This document shows, one piece after another, positions 26,601-39,000 of a DNA stretch of 64,000 nucleotides. A program made the position numbers and the translations under genes. The notes beneath the pieces are model-generated. The model saw nothing but the letters and a program-made list of their open reading frames with translations. It made no database searches and was not told the DNA's origin. Source of the DNA: Trichoplax adhaerens (Eukaryota; Animalia; Placozoa); contig NW_002060968.1 of assembly GCF_000150275.1 (NCBI RefSeq), positions 529,788 to 593,787 on the forward strand, given 5' to 3'. The first letter of the stretch is position 1; every line of letters starts with the position of its first letter.

Positions 26601-29600
26601 CTTACGCTGCATTAGCATTATCTTGTACACAGAGTGATAAAATTCGCTAAATTTTGGATCTATTCTCATAGGAGTTACATGTTTCAAAGATACTCAGATC
26701 AAGCGAAAAATTCAAAAGGGTTACCCTGTTGGCACCTCATATATTAGCGATAATGTACGGATAAATAATATTTCATTTGCTTTATTAATTTATCTATTTA
26801 ATATAATTACATATTTCTATCATTAATTGGCTACGACTAGGATAACGAAGCCATTCAATTGGATAACTTAATTTCCAGTTCTTCTAGTGCCAAAATCTCG
26901 CCTAACATCGAAAAGCTGTTGAAGATGATCTTTAACGTCAAGCTGCTATCAGCCTATCTGTTAGACTACCAAGTATAGTATAAAATATTTATTAAAGTAT
27001 AGTGCTAATTACAAAGATTTACAATAAGATTACGGATTCTAAATTGTTTGTTTTAATGTAATGTCATTAGGTTGATGTAGAAAAAATAAAACTGAAAGCT
27101 TTAACGACTGACAGAGTAGAAAAAGCAGTGCAATTACTTCATCAAATAGATTCGGTTAGTCTATCGTGGGTAAACACAATTCTGTTGCTGCTTGCATTTT
27201 TATTGCAAACTAATTCTGATGTAGCGAAAATTGAAGCTAGGAGTCTACTTTCTAACATACTCTTACTAGTATTTTCAGTATATAGTTTATCTAAAAGAAA
27301 TGATACTCCTACGATGATAAGATCATAGTAGCTGTAGACTTGTTTCATATAACTTAAAGATGCTGCTTATTAAACATTATTAATATCCAGTATATTACAC
27401 GCGGATAGGTTTCATCAAAGACATCGAGTAAACAATTAGAAAGAATAAATACCATAAAAAAGCTTAAAGAGAAATTTTTCAATTTAATTTACAAAGACTT
27501 ACATAAAATAGATGGATGCCGTTATTGCGATGATGAGTATAATCTGAGGGTAATTTCCTTTGTTTTAATATCTTATGCACAGGATTATTACTAACTGTTC
27601 ATACTAATTTTAAATATATATAATAGAAGACGGTAATAAATAAATATTCAGCAAAGTTATAAATCGGTATTATAAAGCGTAATATCTTATTTTGTTTCAG
27701 GAAATATGGTCTAACATGGATGATGTTATGGATATTGCTGTATGCTATGATTTAATAGAAAACGCTAAAAGAGTTGGCAAAGATCTTTTGTATAAATTAT
27801 ATCAAAGCATGAAGATAGAACTAGAAGTATGTCAAAGTTACATACCCTCTTGATGAATTGTTAAGAGCACTAGGATATACTAATGTTACAAGATTAATTA
27901 TCGTAACTACTATATTATACATGTATCATACCCTTAATTATTTTATCATTGATACTGTTTAGCCGTTATTGCATAACAGTGATGAATTCAATATGATCTT
28001 CGAGTATGGAAGTAAAGTCTGTCAAAGGAAACACGACCAATTTTACAATTTAAGCATTGAAGAGGTCGTAAGATTAATTAATGTTGAGAGGAACTACTGA
28101 ATTATTTCAATTTACTGATTTATCCATACTCGAAATTATGCGTTATTTTATTAATCTACTAGGCGGTTAATTTCGCTAGGTATATAAGGTTCAAAATCAC
28201 AAAAGTCATAAAAAATACGAAAAATATTGTACTATGGATAACCGTATGTTATTATGGCTTGGCAATCGTGTAATTAATTACAGTCGAATACTTACTAAGG
28301 GTTTACAACCAATGGCGAAGAGAGATTTAAGCTATGTAGGTACAACGGTTAAACCATTTGTATATAAGTTTGTACTTTGCCTTCTCTCGATACCGTTATT
28401 AAATTAAATAGGGTTATTACTCAGGATATAATGTAATGTAAAATTAAATTTGTAATTAAGTAGCTTATTTTATATCATATTCTCTACCATAATCATATAT
28501 TGTTGTGATTTAGCTCATGTGAGTAGATCGAGGGAAACAGTAGACTAGTTTATAGTAATCCTTTATAAGATACTAGCATGACACTTCATGATACGGAAGG
28601 CATAAATTGTCATAACAATAATTCAGCTCTATAGTTACGCTAAATCTTTAAGCATTAAGTTCTCGACTATGAACTTACTTATTATAATATAAGTTAGTTC
28701 ACTTTGATATTAACTTGCTATGTAAAATCCTTGACGCCAAATAGTCTACGCCATAACAGCTGCTTTTTATTAGTTTTATATTCAGTAATGCTACATAATA
28801 TAGCAGTATATTGCATGAAGAGTACGCTTAACTTAAGTTACGTAAGCATATTAGTCTATCGAGTAACCTATTTCTCTCAAAAGTTTTACAAACTTAATTA
28901 TTTTGATTTAAAATTTTGATATAAAATATTAAATAGTACGAACTTATTAGATTTTTAATACACATATAACTCTATAGAATGTAGGTTTTCCGCACGGGAA
29001 AGGAATTTATTTTTCAGGTAAATATATTCATGTATCACAAGTATGTTAGTAACTGGACTTTGTAAGGAAACCGACGTTGTATAATATTAATTATTTATTT
29101 ATATATTTTTGATTTATACGTCAAGATATGTTTTGGCAGGTAATACAAAAGCAGATTATTTAACTTGAAATTATTCTATCTCCATCTAACTAAGTCATAG
29201 ATTATCATGATATATTAGTAGTATACTAAAACACGCACGAATGGTTTTATCTCTAGGCTGCTTTAGACTGTGGTTTAAGTATTACAAATTCGACAGGACT
29301 ATTAATGCTATGTGAAGTAGCACTTGGGAGGATGTACGCTCTATAAAGAACTGTTTTGTATAAATTATTGAGATCAATGCTGTATTAGATACTGTAGTTT
29401 TTTTGGCTCACTCTCTAGCTTTTTACATTATTATAGAATGCACTGCAAACATTTTGTTAAAATGATGTATTTTAGATTACATTGTTTTTGATTGATTTCA
29501 CTATAGCACCAATGAACAATCAGATCTATCGAAAGCGCGTCGTACGGCTGATAGTTTTAAATGTAAATATCGACATTAATACACCAAACAGATTTATGGT

Positions 29601-29956
29601 TCGAATTACAGGTATGATTGCTAAAGTTTAAATTTAATTTTTATGTTTATACGATGTAGTCAAAGGAGAAGTCGGACCCGATCCTGATGGAGATATTACA
29701 ATAGAGAATGGTGTTGTCGTACCGTTAGGAGATATTGTTGGAGACTTCGACTGGCCAGATGGGAATAAGTATCTTGCATATCTCTTTATGATTTCTATAT
29801 GTCGTGAATTGATTATTACATAGTTAGTGTATCAAGTATTATGTTATTTTCCTTAACCGAACTACTAAAAGATACGTCATATACAATCCAGATCAAGTTA
29901 AAATCAGATATTTGGTACTAGTCAAATCTGAATTTGTCGATGCTTCTCAAGATTGA
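23618..29956 (+). CDS. PARP1-like protein A (Zn3/PADR1-BRCT-WGR-like-PARP regulatory-ART fold; catalytic triad L-Y-K), 26 exons, ~780 aa
   Basis: Manually spliced, phase-consistent GT-AG exons: 23618-23698, 23844-23957, 24072-24154, 24353-24478, 24726-24821, 25042-25114, 25250-25337, 25438-25580, 25712-25739, 25831-25890, 26065-26185, 26325-26388, 26529-26589, 26672-26754, 26841-26972, 27071-27154, 27409-27549, 27701-27826, 27963-28064, 28180-28335, 28978-29017, 29126-29139, 29257-29333, 29507-29562, 29660-29768, 29872-29956 (2343 nt). PARP1-like motifs: MVFGAFESCPNC..VCTG..PC, KPLGNIRVATIGKL..IENLGG, KLLKMIFNV, NRMLLWLG, GKGIYFSD, LMLCEVALG, GPDPDG..GVVVPLG, YVIYNPDQVKIRYL. Confidence 0.9.
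29769..29871 (+). other. U12-type (minor spliceosome) intron, gene A
   Basis: 5' GTATCTT, consensus branch TTCCTTAAC at 29849-29857 about 14 nt before the AG, and no polypyrimidine tract. Confidence 0.8.
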
Positions 29957-31279
29957 CCTTCGTTATCTTCATAAAGTAAGCACTTACATAATGTTTAATC
30001 TACTATGAGCATAATCAAGCAATTTTGGGGAATGGTATATATCTATTAAACCAAAATAAGGATCATGCATACCTTCATTAAGGTTACCGATGAAACTACA
30101 GTATATTAAAATTGACATTTAGCCCTACCTTCTTTTAAAGTTTACATTCCTGCGAATGTAAGCAAATTCTTCTAGAGTGTTTAATTGCTTAGCCTGGACT
30201 TCAATAATTTAACACGCGTTGTAGCATTTTGTAGGTTCGCCGATTAGTATTACAGCCGAATAGCACCCATGTCTGTTAAAATTTTTGACGATCGATCTAA
30301 GAATTTATTTGTAATAGTTTAAATCGTCTAACGACCCATTTCGACTGATGTATTCTACATTTACTCTTACTGTAATAAGGTAACGTATACTTTTTAGGAT
30401 ATGATTCCCTATCTTTGATACATTGTTATCACAGGCGATTTCCTTATTGCTCATTGATAACGTCATTTGCAGTTTTCATTTAGCATCTTACGATAAGGTG
30501 TATAATGCTACTTGTGTATTCCTAGCAGTATATTTAGTGTCAACATTTTAATTCGTGTTGCAGCATTAGTTCATCGGTGAATAAGATTTCGATATTGTTT
30601 CATTTAGACTAAATAAATGCCTGGTATTATGAAGGTGTTGTAGTCGGTCTATTGAATTATTTAAGTCGATATTTAATCCTTATGAATCGTATTTTTTTCT
30701 TATTTGATTGTTGATCCTTAGCTGGATAAATTATGAGTACTTTACAATTCAGAAAGTAAATTGCGGAACTTTTTGTAGATATCATTGTTGTTATCTAATT
30801 ATCTGTGCTTAAAAATTAATTCAACAGCTACAGTAGTATTATAAAAGTAAATTATCAAAACAATGAAATTTGGCATAGATTCGCACAGTAGTACATTAGG
30901 TAATGCATCTACTAGGAATGATTAGAATTGATACAACACAATATGAAACAGTGTAGATTAGCCAAATCTCCTTATACCGTGGCAGTATTTTTTATTTATA
31001 GTTTTTACTTTTATGATTAACAACTAGCATCTCTTTATACCTAAAGCAGTGTTCTCGGCTGCATGGCAGTCGATACTTGCATCGTCGAAATTTCGGCGAT
31101 AGGTTAGGCCATTGTATTGCATGATGCAAAGTAAACGCTTAACAAGGGTATCAGGATTAGGTTTAGCAATCCCTTAGGTTTTCAAGCGATTGACTCTGAA
31201 TGTGAGTCGTTAAAAATAGAGAAATTTCTAAAATGACACAGGTCTATCGCTTCATATTCCCAGCTTAGCGTCCACAATT

Positions 31280-31560
31280 ACGTTATTAAGCATACAGACT
31301 TTCTACATCCTATAAGGCTGACTTCGTATTGCTAGGATACTGTGAACACGCCTTGCTGCCTTAATTAGCTGAACTCGTTACCAAATATAGCAAAAGCAAC
31401 TGAAATTGCTTCATATAAAATATCTGCTACGACACAGTAAATGTTTAACAGTAGATATTGAGCACGAGAAATTTTCAAAGTTAAGTTCAAGAACGATTTG
31501 CTATTTAGCAGCTCATGTTGCAGATGAACTATTTCTAATATCGTCAGGCCCAATGATGGA
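31280..31560 (-). pseudogene. Possible highly decayed GPCR TM1-TM2 remnant (duplicate at ~43700-43930)
   Basis: QYLLLNIYCVVADILY resembles TM2 (LNLAVADIL). No further confident motifs. Confidence 0.25.
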
Positions 31561-32859
31561 TTTGCAGAAAGAGTCCCGCAAAGCCAAAGCTTAGCCAGCC
31601 ATTTTAAAAATTGTTATATGTTAAGGAGTGCCTTGAGCCTCTAATCAAAATTGATCAGGAAAAAGAGGAAAAGTACACTTGTTTACTACGTTGAAGAAAC
31701 CGTAATAGTAATGTCAGCTATCTATAATGTCGCATATTTAGAAAAGATTGCATTACGTAATGACCTCAGCTAACTATATTAGTAAAGTAATGATCAATGA
31801 TGGGTGATCGCTAGGATAGTTCAAAACGCGTTCATGGCGCTTTCACTGATTTTGGTTTGGTGCATGCATAGTCGCGTCGTAGGAGCTTAAAATGTGATGA
31901 CAAACCCAAGTCAACAACTGGGTGGAGTTAGTCAATTTTATTGCTGTTGTACAGTAATTGCTCTAAACAGTGGTATTGGCTTGATGATCGTAATTCTACG
32001 GTAGGTTATATTACGATATAACTGATTGGTGATGAGCATGTTTTCCATTATCCACAGAAATAGCTTGCCAGCAGCCCACTAAAGTGACGAATGAAACAGC
32101 TGCTGCTTGGTAATTAATTCGGATAAAGACAACATCTCCTATGACATCATAAAATACTGTATACATTGGATTATTAGCCCAGTTGTAACTCTAATGTAAT
32201 TAAAAGGCATAATCCAGCCCGTGCAAGTACAACATATAGTATTTAGAAGTTATTATCTTGCAGCCGATCAGATTGTTATTCGTATATTAAGTAGCGAAAG
32301 AACTGCTTTACAGCATGGAGGTTGTCCGTAGAGCTAAGCTAGGCAGTTTTGAAAGTAGTCTTATCCGCAATTTTCTCCATTTCAAATTGAAGATTAATTA
32401 TTGGATAATTTATTGTGGGATTAACAAGACTACGCCGTGACAAGTAAACTGCTTATTATTATGAAAAAGTGACCCAGTATGCTTTAATTGCTCTTAATGG
32501 TGCAACCAGTCTTGTAGATAAGCAATAAAGCTGATTTATAAATTTAACCTCTGATAATGGATTGCAGTATTACCACAAATTCCTTGCCTAACTATCTGTG
32601 TTGGATTCATCATTTTATAGAAAAGTTAACTCGCTAATGCAGGCATAATGATGAAATAAAGGCATCCAAATCATTTGTTATTGCTGATAGTCGTTTTCAG
32701 TGCCATACTCTAGATATTAAAACCTGATTCTATCATCATTTAGTAGTTATCGAAAGGGCTTGTAAGATATGCACTCGCAAGTGAATCGTTTTGAGGGCAC
32801 GATGTATCATTTTGATAGCCTAGCCTCCATTATTATTGCAGCTAGTTTGTAATTGTTCA

Positions 32860-33075
32860 TTTATTCTCGTACTTTGCAATAAGTGTCGTCCTCTATAGTC
32901 ATTTTAAATTAAATTATAACCGTCAATATTCCAAGGTTTCCCGATCAACTCATCGAATTCGTCCCAGAATTAAAGAACACCACGGCATGTTAGGAAAATA
33001 GAACTACTTTGAAGAGATTACGCTTCCAATTTTGAAGTGCAATCAATCTAGCCTACTGGTGATTTTCATTTTCCA
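32860..33075 (+). repeat. Orphan third copy of the GPCR 3' flank (homologous to 17350-17560 and, inverted, to 5140-5350)
   Basis: caatattccaaggtttcccgatc and cttccaattttgaagtgcaatcaatctagcct match 17409-17545. No GPCR CDS lies upstream of it. Confidence 0.8.
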
Positions 33076-33499
33076 TAAAGTTCAACAATTTGTAGAATCA
33101 TCGATAAAATATACGCCTACCGTCTTCGTTTCAGTTGCAGCCACAAAATTTAGTCCATTTCGCTGAATGAGATTTTAAATATGGCTTCTTTTAAAACGGC
33201 AATGAAAAAGCCGTATGTACGCTTAACTTTAACTAAATATAATAGTTACCACAGTGCAACGTGTCCAACATACTGCATACTGTATTATGTTACGAATCTC
33301 TATTTAATTTAGCAAGAGTTTATCTGCAGACCTATATGGAGTCATTTGAGCTAGCTGCAATAGTTTTGTGTTTAAAAGTTAAATGGCAATACGAAATATA
33401 GCACTGCTTAACGTCGCTCTTAGTGTCAGTTGTGCGAAGTAAATTACTTGTAGAGGATTGTTGGTATAATGAAACGGTTCAAAAGCAGTTCATTATACT

Positions 33500-34860
33500 G
33501 TCACTGAGTTTTCCTGGAAGAAAACTGAGGATAACTTCAAGGAAAGTTGCTTTTCCATGCATGCTACTGTATATGCCGTATCTACTTTGCCTGCATAAGT
33601 GCTGCATGTTCCAGTCGCTTAAAAAATTGGCTCCAACGCTAAAGTCATCAGCTTAGTGGAACTGCTCAATGATTGCTATCCTTTGCTACATCATAATCAC
33701 ATTACAATACAACTGATATAGCTATCAGTTTGTTTTCTAAAGCCGCCAAAATACCCTGACGGCAGCCCATCGAAGGGGTGAAAGGAATAGCTGCCATGAT
33801 GGTCTAATGACGTAGTGCTTGGGTTTTACAACCTCTGTTCGCAATCATCTAACTCAAAATCTGAGTTAATAAAATTGAGCAAACCTCTAACTTAACGCAA
33901 GATCACAGATACATCACTACTGATATTGCTTTCAGCTTGTTTTCTAAAAGCCATCATAATACCCTAGCAGTAGCCTATCGAAGCAATTAAAGTTTAGGTA
34001 GGCAGTACTTCTACATGAAGTTAGATAGTGTCTGGCTTAGTATATATGTAACGGTGACGGAGTATCTGCTAATTCCCTCGAATATGGCTTAAACTGACTT
34101 TGCCAAGACGCATAGTAAAATGTTACTTCCAGCGGCTGATCTGTTTTCCCTTCACTTTGCCAGACTACGGCCAGGATGTCTTGCGACAGAAAGCGTACAG
34201 GCTCTATATTATGGAGTCTATATTCAATAAATGATGCTGTAAGATGCACGATGCATTTTTATCCTGCATTAATTACTACTACACTATTCTATATTGCTGT
34301 TTGCAACAATCGTCATGGACTATGTTCTCGATGCCAATGACTACTCCTCCCAGTTGTTTACTTTGGCATCAATTCAAACCTTGAGCTTATGGAATGTGCT
34401 TGGGCAAGCAATGATGGATGGAATTCATTCTTTGATGCGGTATATCGCTTTTGTACTTGTCTCAGGATTGTTTTAGTTCCTGTTGAATTCGTCACAATAG
34501 CATCTATGCCAACGGGTAGTCTACGAAAGATGCCTACCATTATAATTCTTGTTGTTCCTTGGTTGTTCTTTTAGCTCACATGCCATTACTGTGAGCAAGC
34601 TCCAATCGAATCCTGATTCTTTGCATTGATTTTCTTTTAGTCAAGAAACATTACTACCTACCAAAGGATTACAGTTATCGTAATACAACCATTCACCGAC
34701 GGAAGCATCATTCAATATTCAAGCTAAAGGTAGACTTATCAAGCTCTTATTTACTTTTAAGTCTGCTATATTGGATTTCGTACGCGCCTAATAGCCTATT
34801 CTCATCGTTGAGGATGTTATTTATCATTGATGATTGATATTCGTTAGTTCCTGCACATTA
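33500..34860 (-). pseudogene. Decayed kelch-repeat-like gene remnant, copy 2
   Basis: Homologous to 20720-22050 (IDAKVNNWEE, PSMGCRQGILAALENKLIAI). Contains an internal repeat, 33708-33775 vs 33918-33983. Confidence 0.45.
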
Positions 34861-36016
34861 CTTGACTGATGAGAAACGGGAGTCAATTGGTTGCTAAATC
34901 TCTTCTACTGACAGTACTCAGCGTGTGCATGTACTAAAAATTTGATAGCATACTTTTGCTAACTGATCGTTGAACGACCGAGATACTGCATAACAGTGCT
35001 ACAAGCTCTGACAGATCAAGAAAAACTTCCTACAACAGCAGTATTTCAAAAAAATGGTCTAAAAACAGAGAAACGTTTCTGCTCCAATAACCGTACTTGT
35101 TTACACCTAAAGGATTGCGAATAAGATCACTAAACACTTACAGAATTGAGTATTAGAACGGTAGTTCTTGATTCGTTATTACTTTACTAACGGGAAATTA
35201 AAGTGAATGATTTTATCATCTTGATCAAAACAGTAAGATTCAGTCAGTGTAGCCAACTATTCAAGAAATGGAAGAGCTTTGTGCCTAGTCTATCTTTATT
35301 AACTAGCACCAAACAATATTGAAGGTCAAATATTCTGGATATACTGTTTGCTAGCAATGTACTCTTTAATACACCAAAACTAGTTTTTTCAATAGTGTTT
35401 AGAATGGCAATGGTTGTTTTGCTTTTCTAAAAAAAGAATCCATAATAAATTGGAATAGTTCAAGAATACTCTGTTGTGATTCTGAAGGTATACTCTATAC
35501 TCTATGACAGGTTTAACCTGCGTGGTTTTGTCTCTCACTATTTTTTAATATTACTGTTTGTTTCGTCGTATATCACACAGCGGTTGTGGACACAGATCAT
35601 AATATGCCAGTTACTGTGATAGCGGTTTGGTGCTATGACCGCAATATTTGTATATAAGTAGAATGTTCTTGTCAATTAAGAGTCTTTTTTCATTTAATCG
35701 TCATCTGTCATAGCAGTAGAATAATACTAGCGAAGCCTACCGAAGTACTAGCTAGTGTAGAATTTGTTATTTGTAAGTAAGATTAAAAATAAAATAGAAG
35801 CAAAATTCCCTTGAAGCGGTTTCAATTATATTCACATTTCGTGCAGTACTAACAGTCACAGAACCTAATATTCACCTAGTTTAAGGCCCAATCCTAACAA
35901 ACTCTCTTTGCCAAACCACTTGTCATAATAACAGTTTAACCTAAGCATATATTGAACTACGCGTATCAAATTTAAATTTTTAATGGTCTCGCAATTGTGT
36001 TAGAAATCATTGAAGC

Positions 36017-39000
36017 ATGAAGAGAAAACAAGATCATCAAGCATCAAAAGCAGCAAAGAGAATGGCTAGTCATGCCGATGAACATTCCAAATATGAAGTA
36101 CGTTATTCTGCTATAAATACTGTAACTTAAATGGATTACTTTCATGGATAGATTAAATATGAAATCATGATGATAATCATCATATCATTTTAAATCATAG
36201 TTATGCAAAATAATAATAATTCTTTACTATAATTTATATATACACAGGAGCAAATGATGATGGTTTGGAAAACTAGAAATATACTTAGAGAAGAATGCGA
36301 TAAAGAAACTTTACGGCTAATAAAGTCTCAAAATGGTGAAACTCCCACTAGCGAACAGACTGTGAGGCCTTAATAAATTGTTGTAGCTTGAATTGGTCAA
36401 AATTCTGCTTAATCGTTTAATCATCGATGCTAATTGCTAACGATTGTCAATACTTTAATACTTGTCGTTTATCAGAATCTAAACGACTGCGCTGAGCGAA
36501 TAGTATTCGGAGCTTTCAAACCTTGTCCTAATTGTAACAAATCTTCCAAATATTTCAAGTAATTATATAATAGTAAACTTACTACTAATGACATTAAGGT
36601 CAAGTAATGGAAATAATTGTATTTTATAATTTAACTAGCCAAATTTTATAGTAGCTTAGACAATACTGATACAAACATTCTCAGAAACTATGCCTCCAGA
36701 TTTATAGAGTAAGATTTTTCAATCTATCTAAGTAAGGATTAAAATTTACTCCTAGAGAAACATCGAATGGCTTTGTTTGCACAGGTGGAATCGCCAACAT
36801 TCCATGCGAATATGTTACAGAAAAACGCGAGAGATGCGCTTGCAAAATTTCTGAAGAACTAAAGGCCAAGTCTCCCTTTCTGTTAGTATCATAATATTAC
36901 GTTGTATATTACTTATTAATATATCGATCCCTCATGCTGTTAATAACGACTATGATGTGTCAAGATGCTGATATGACTGATTGAATTTTTACTCGTTTCA
37001 AAAAGAGATCTTACTAGTTGAATCTTTAAAATATTATCTTAAAATTTATTGCCATTTCTCTTTGATATCTTGCATGCTTGTTTATGATAATTTTATCAAG
37101 TACAGAAAAAAATTTTCTTAGTAATAGTTATTCCTATACACCTCTCGATCGGATCCAATTAAACAAAGACGAATCATGCTTTATTCCTGAAAAATTAAAG
37201 CATCGATGTATCCATAGGTACAAACAATAATAACTGTACAGCAAATATCTAAAATACGTAGAAATTTTAATAGGGTGTTAGTGTAAACTGTAGCTGTTTT
37301 TAGATTATGCGCCAAGCAAAATATTACGCTATTTATTATTCCATGTTTTGGTAGTTTATTGAATGAACGTTAGTTTAGAAATAGAGATTTATCTGGTTGC
37401 AAGTATTATAATCTTTCATACAATTCTATGTAGAGAGAGTATCGTAAAGCAGAAGCCCCTAGGCAATATTCGCGTAGCTACTATTGGCAAGCTAGAAGAG
37501 AATATGGTAAGTTACCTTTCTAAAAGAAAATTTTCAGAAATGTTTATTAACTATATGAATTTAATCAGTAACCTTACGTTTACGTCATTGTTCTTTGCAT
37601 TCATTATTAGAAAGCTAATGCTATACTAACTATATAATACACATTTAAAGTCCAATATCAGGAAGAAAATTGAAAATTTAGGAGGAATTTTTCATGAACA
37701 GATCTCAAAATATGTAGATTTGTGTGTTGGTCGACTAGGTATGATTTAGACAGTCTCTAGAAAATAACAATCCTGCAATGCAGTGATATGTTTTTAATTT
37801 TGTCCTAGTTTTACATGAGATAACGTTTTCCTTTAGATAAACTAAACAAGAAATTAAAAGAAGAGATCGATAATCTAGGATTGCCTACAGTTTCAGAAGA
37901 ATGCCTGTCAGCTATTACAGGTGACAACTTTGATGAGACTATCACGAAATATGGCGTTAGTAATTGCACTGCAGAGAAGGTAACTACTCTTTTATTATCG
38001 TTGATGTTACTGTAAAAGCAACAGCTTTGTAAATTAGATTTACATGAAACGTTTGAAAATGTATTATATGTATGTGAATCTTAATTATAATAAACTTTTA
38101 TCAAGCGCAGGTCGCCAAGATTAAGAATACACGAAAAGGTAACAGTATACACTCGTACATAAATGACTCCTTACTATATAGCACCCATCATAACGTACTA
38201 TTGCAAATTGTACGACGATATCTTGCCCAATAGAATGTGAAGCAATATGCAAATAGCGTAATAGCTCTTACTCGAATATATTATTACAGGCTTTTACTCA
38301 ACAAATATCATTTCGCCATCTGGCCTAGCTATCACTGATCCACACAGCGGTAATAGCTGAATATAAACTAATCTCATTTGATACTATTTTTATATGAGAT
38401 ACTTACAAATAGCAATTTTTGCTACGTGAATAAATTCATAATAATACTCGTATGATAAAGACTGACTAGATATATGATTTTAAGTATCGATGGAACATTA
38501 ACTATAATTAGGTATAGCCGATAATCATACTAAATGAACTTTATTAGGACTTGAAAATGATTATAGCGTTATCAAAGATCCAAATTGTAACATTTACAGT
38601 GCTGTAATTGAAACTTCTCCTGGCGAGTGGCTTAAATTACAAGCTCTTCAGCATAATAAATTACATAAGTTAGTTCTAATACAGACTTTTATCTTAGCTG
38701 TCCTTGTTTCTGTTTATTACATCATAATGCAATGAAGTATTCTTAGTTAAGATGCTGTACAGATTTTATTAACCGAATAGTTACTAAAATTATTTTGTTA
38801 AATTTTAACAGCTATTGCTTATTTACGATGGAGAGTGCTATTGATTATTCACATGTGATCAGAAGCAGGATTAAAGTAATTATTGAATACTTAATAACGC
38901 TTTTTGATTGACATCAGTTTTCTTCTACTTTAAATGTGCTTCTTATAAAAATCGGAATTCACTTGTAATAAAAATGTAAGAGATATAGGCTATAAGCCTG

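Larger units (their letters stand above)
20325..32000 (+). repeat. Tandem segmental duplication, unit 1
   Basis: Colinear with ~33105-44940 throughout (offset ~12.4-12.9 kb). Confidence 0.95.

Noticed and set aside
23618-29956. Assigning the symbol PARP1
   Set aside because: Lacks Zn1/Zn2, the WGR motif and catalytic residues; more likely a derived paralogue than the true orthologue.
32340-32830. Possible GPCR TM6/TM7 remnant on the minus strand (IWMPLF, SLVNPTINY)
   Set aside because: Motifs are too short and broken to distinguish from chance.
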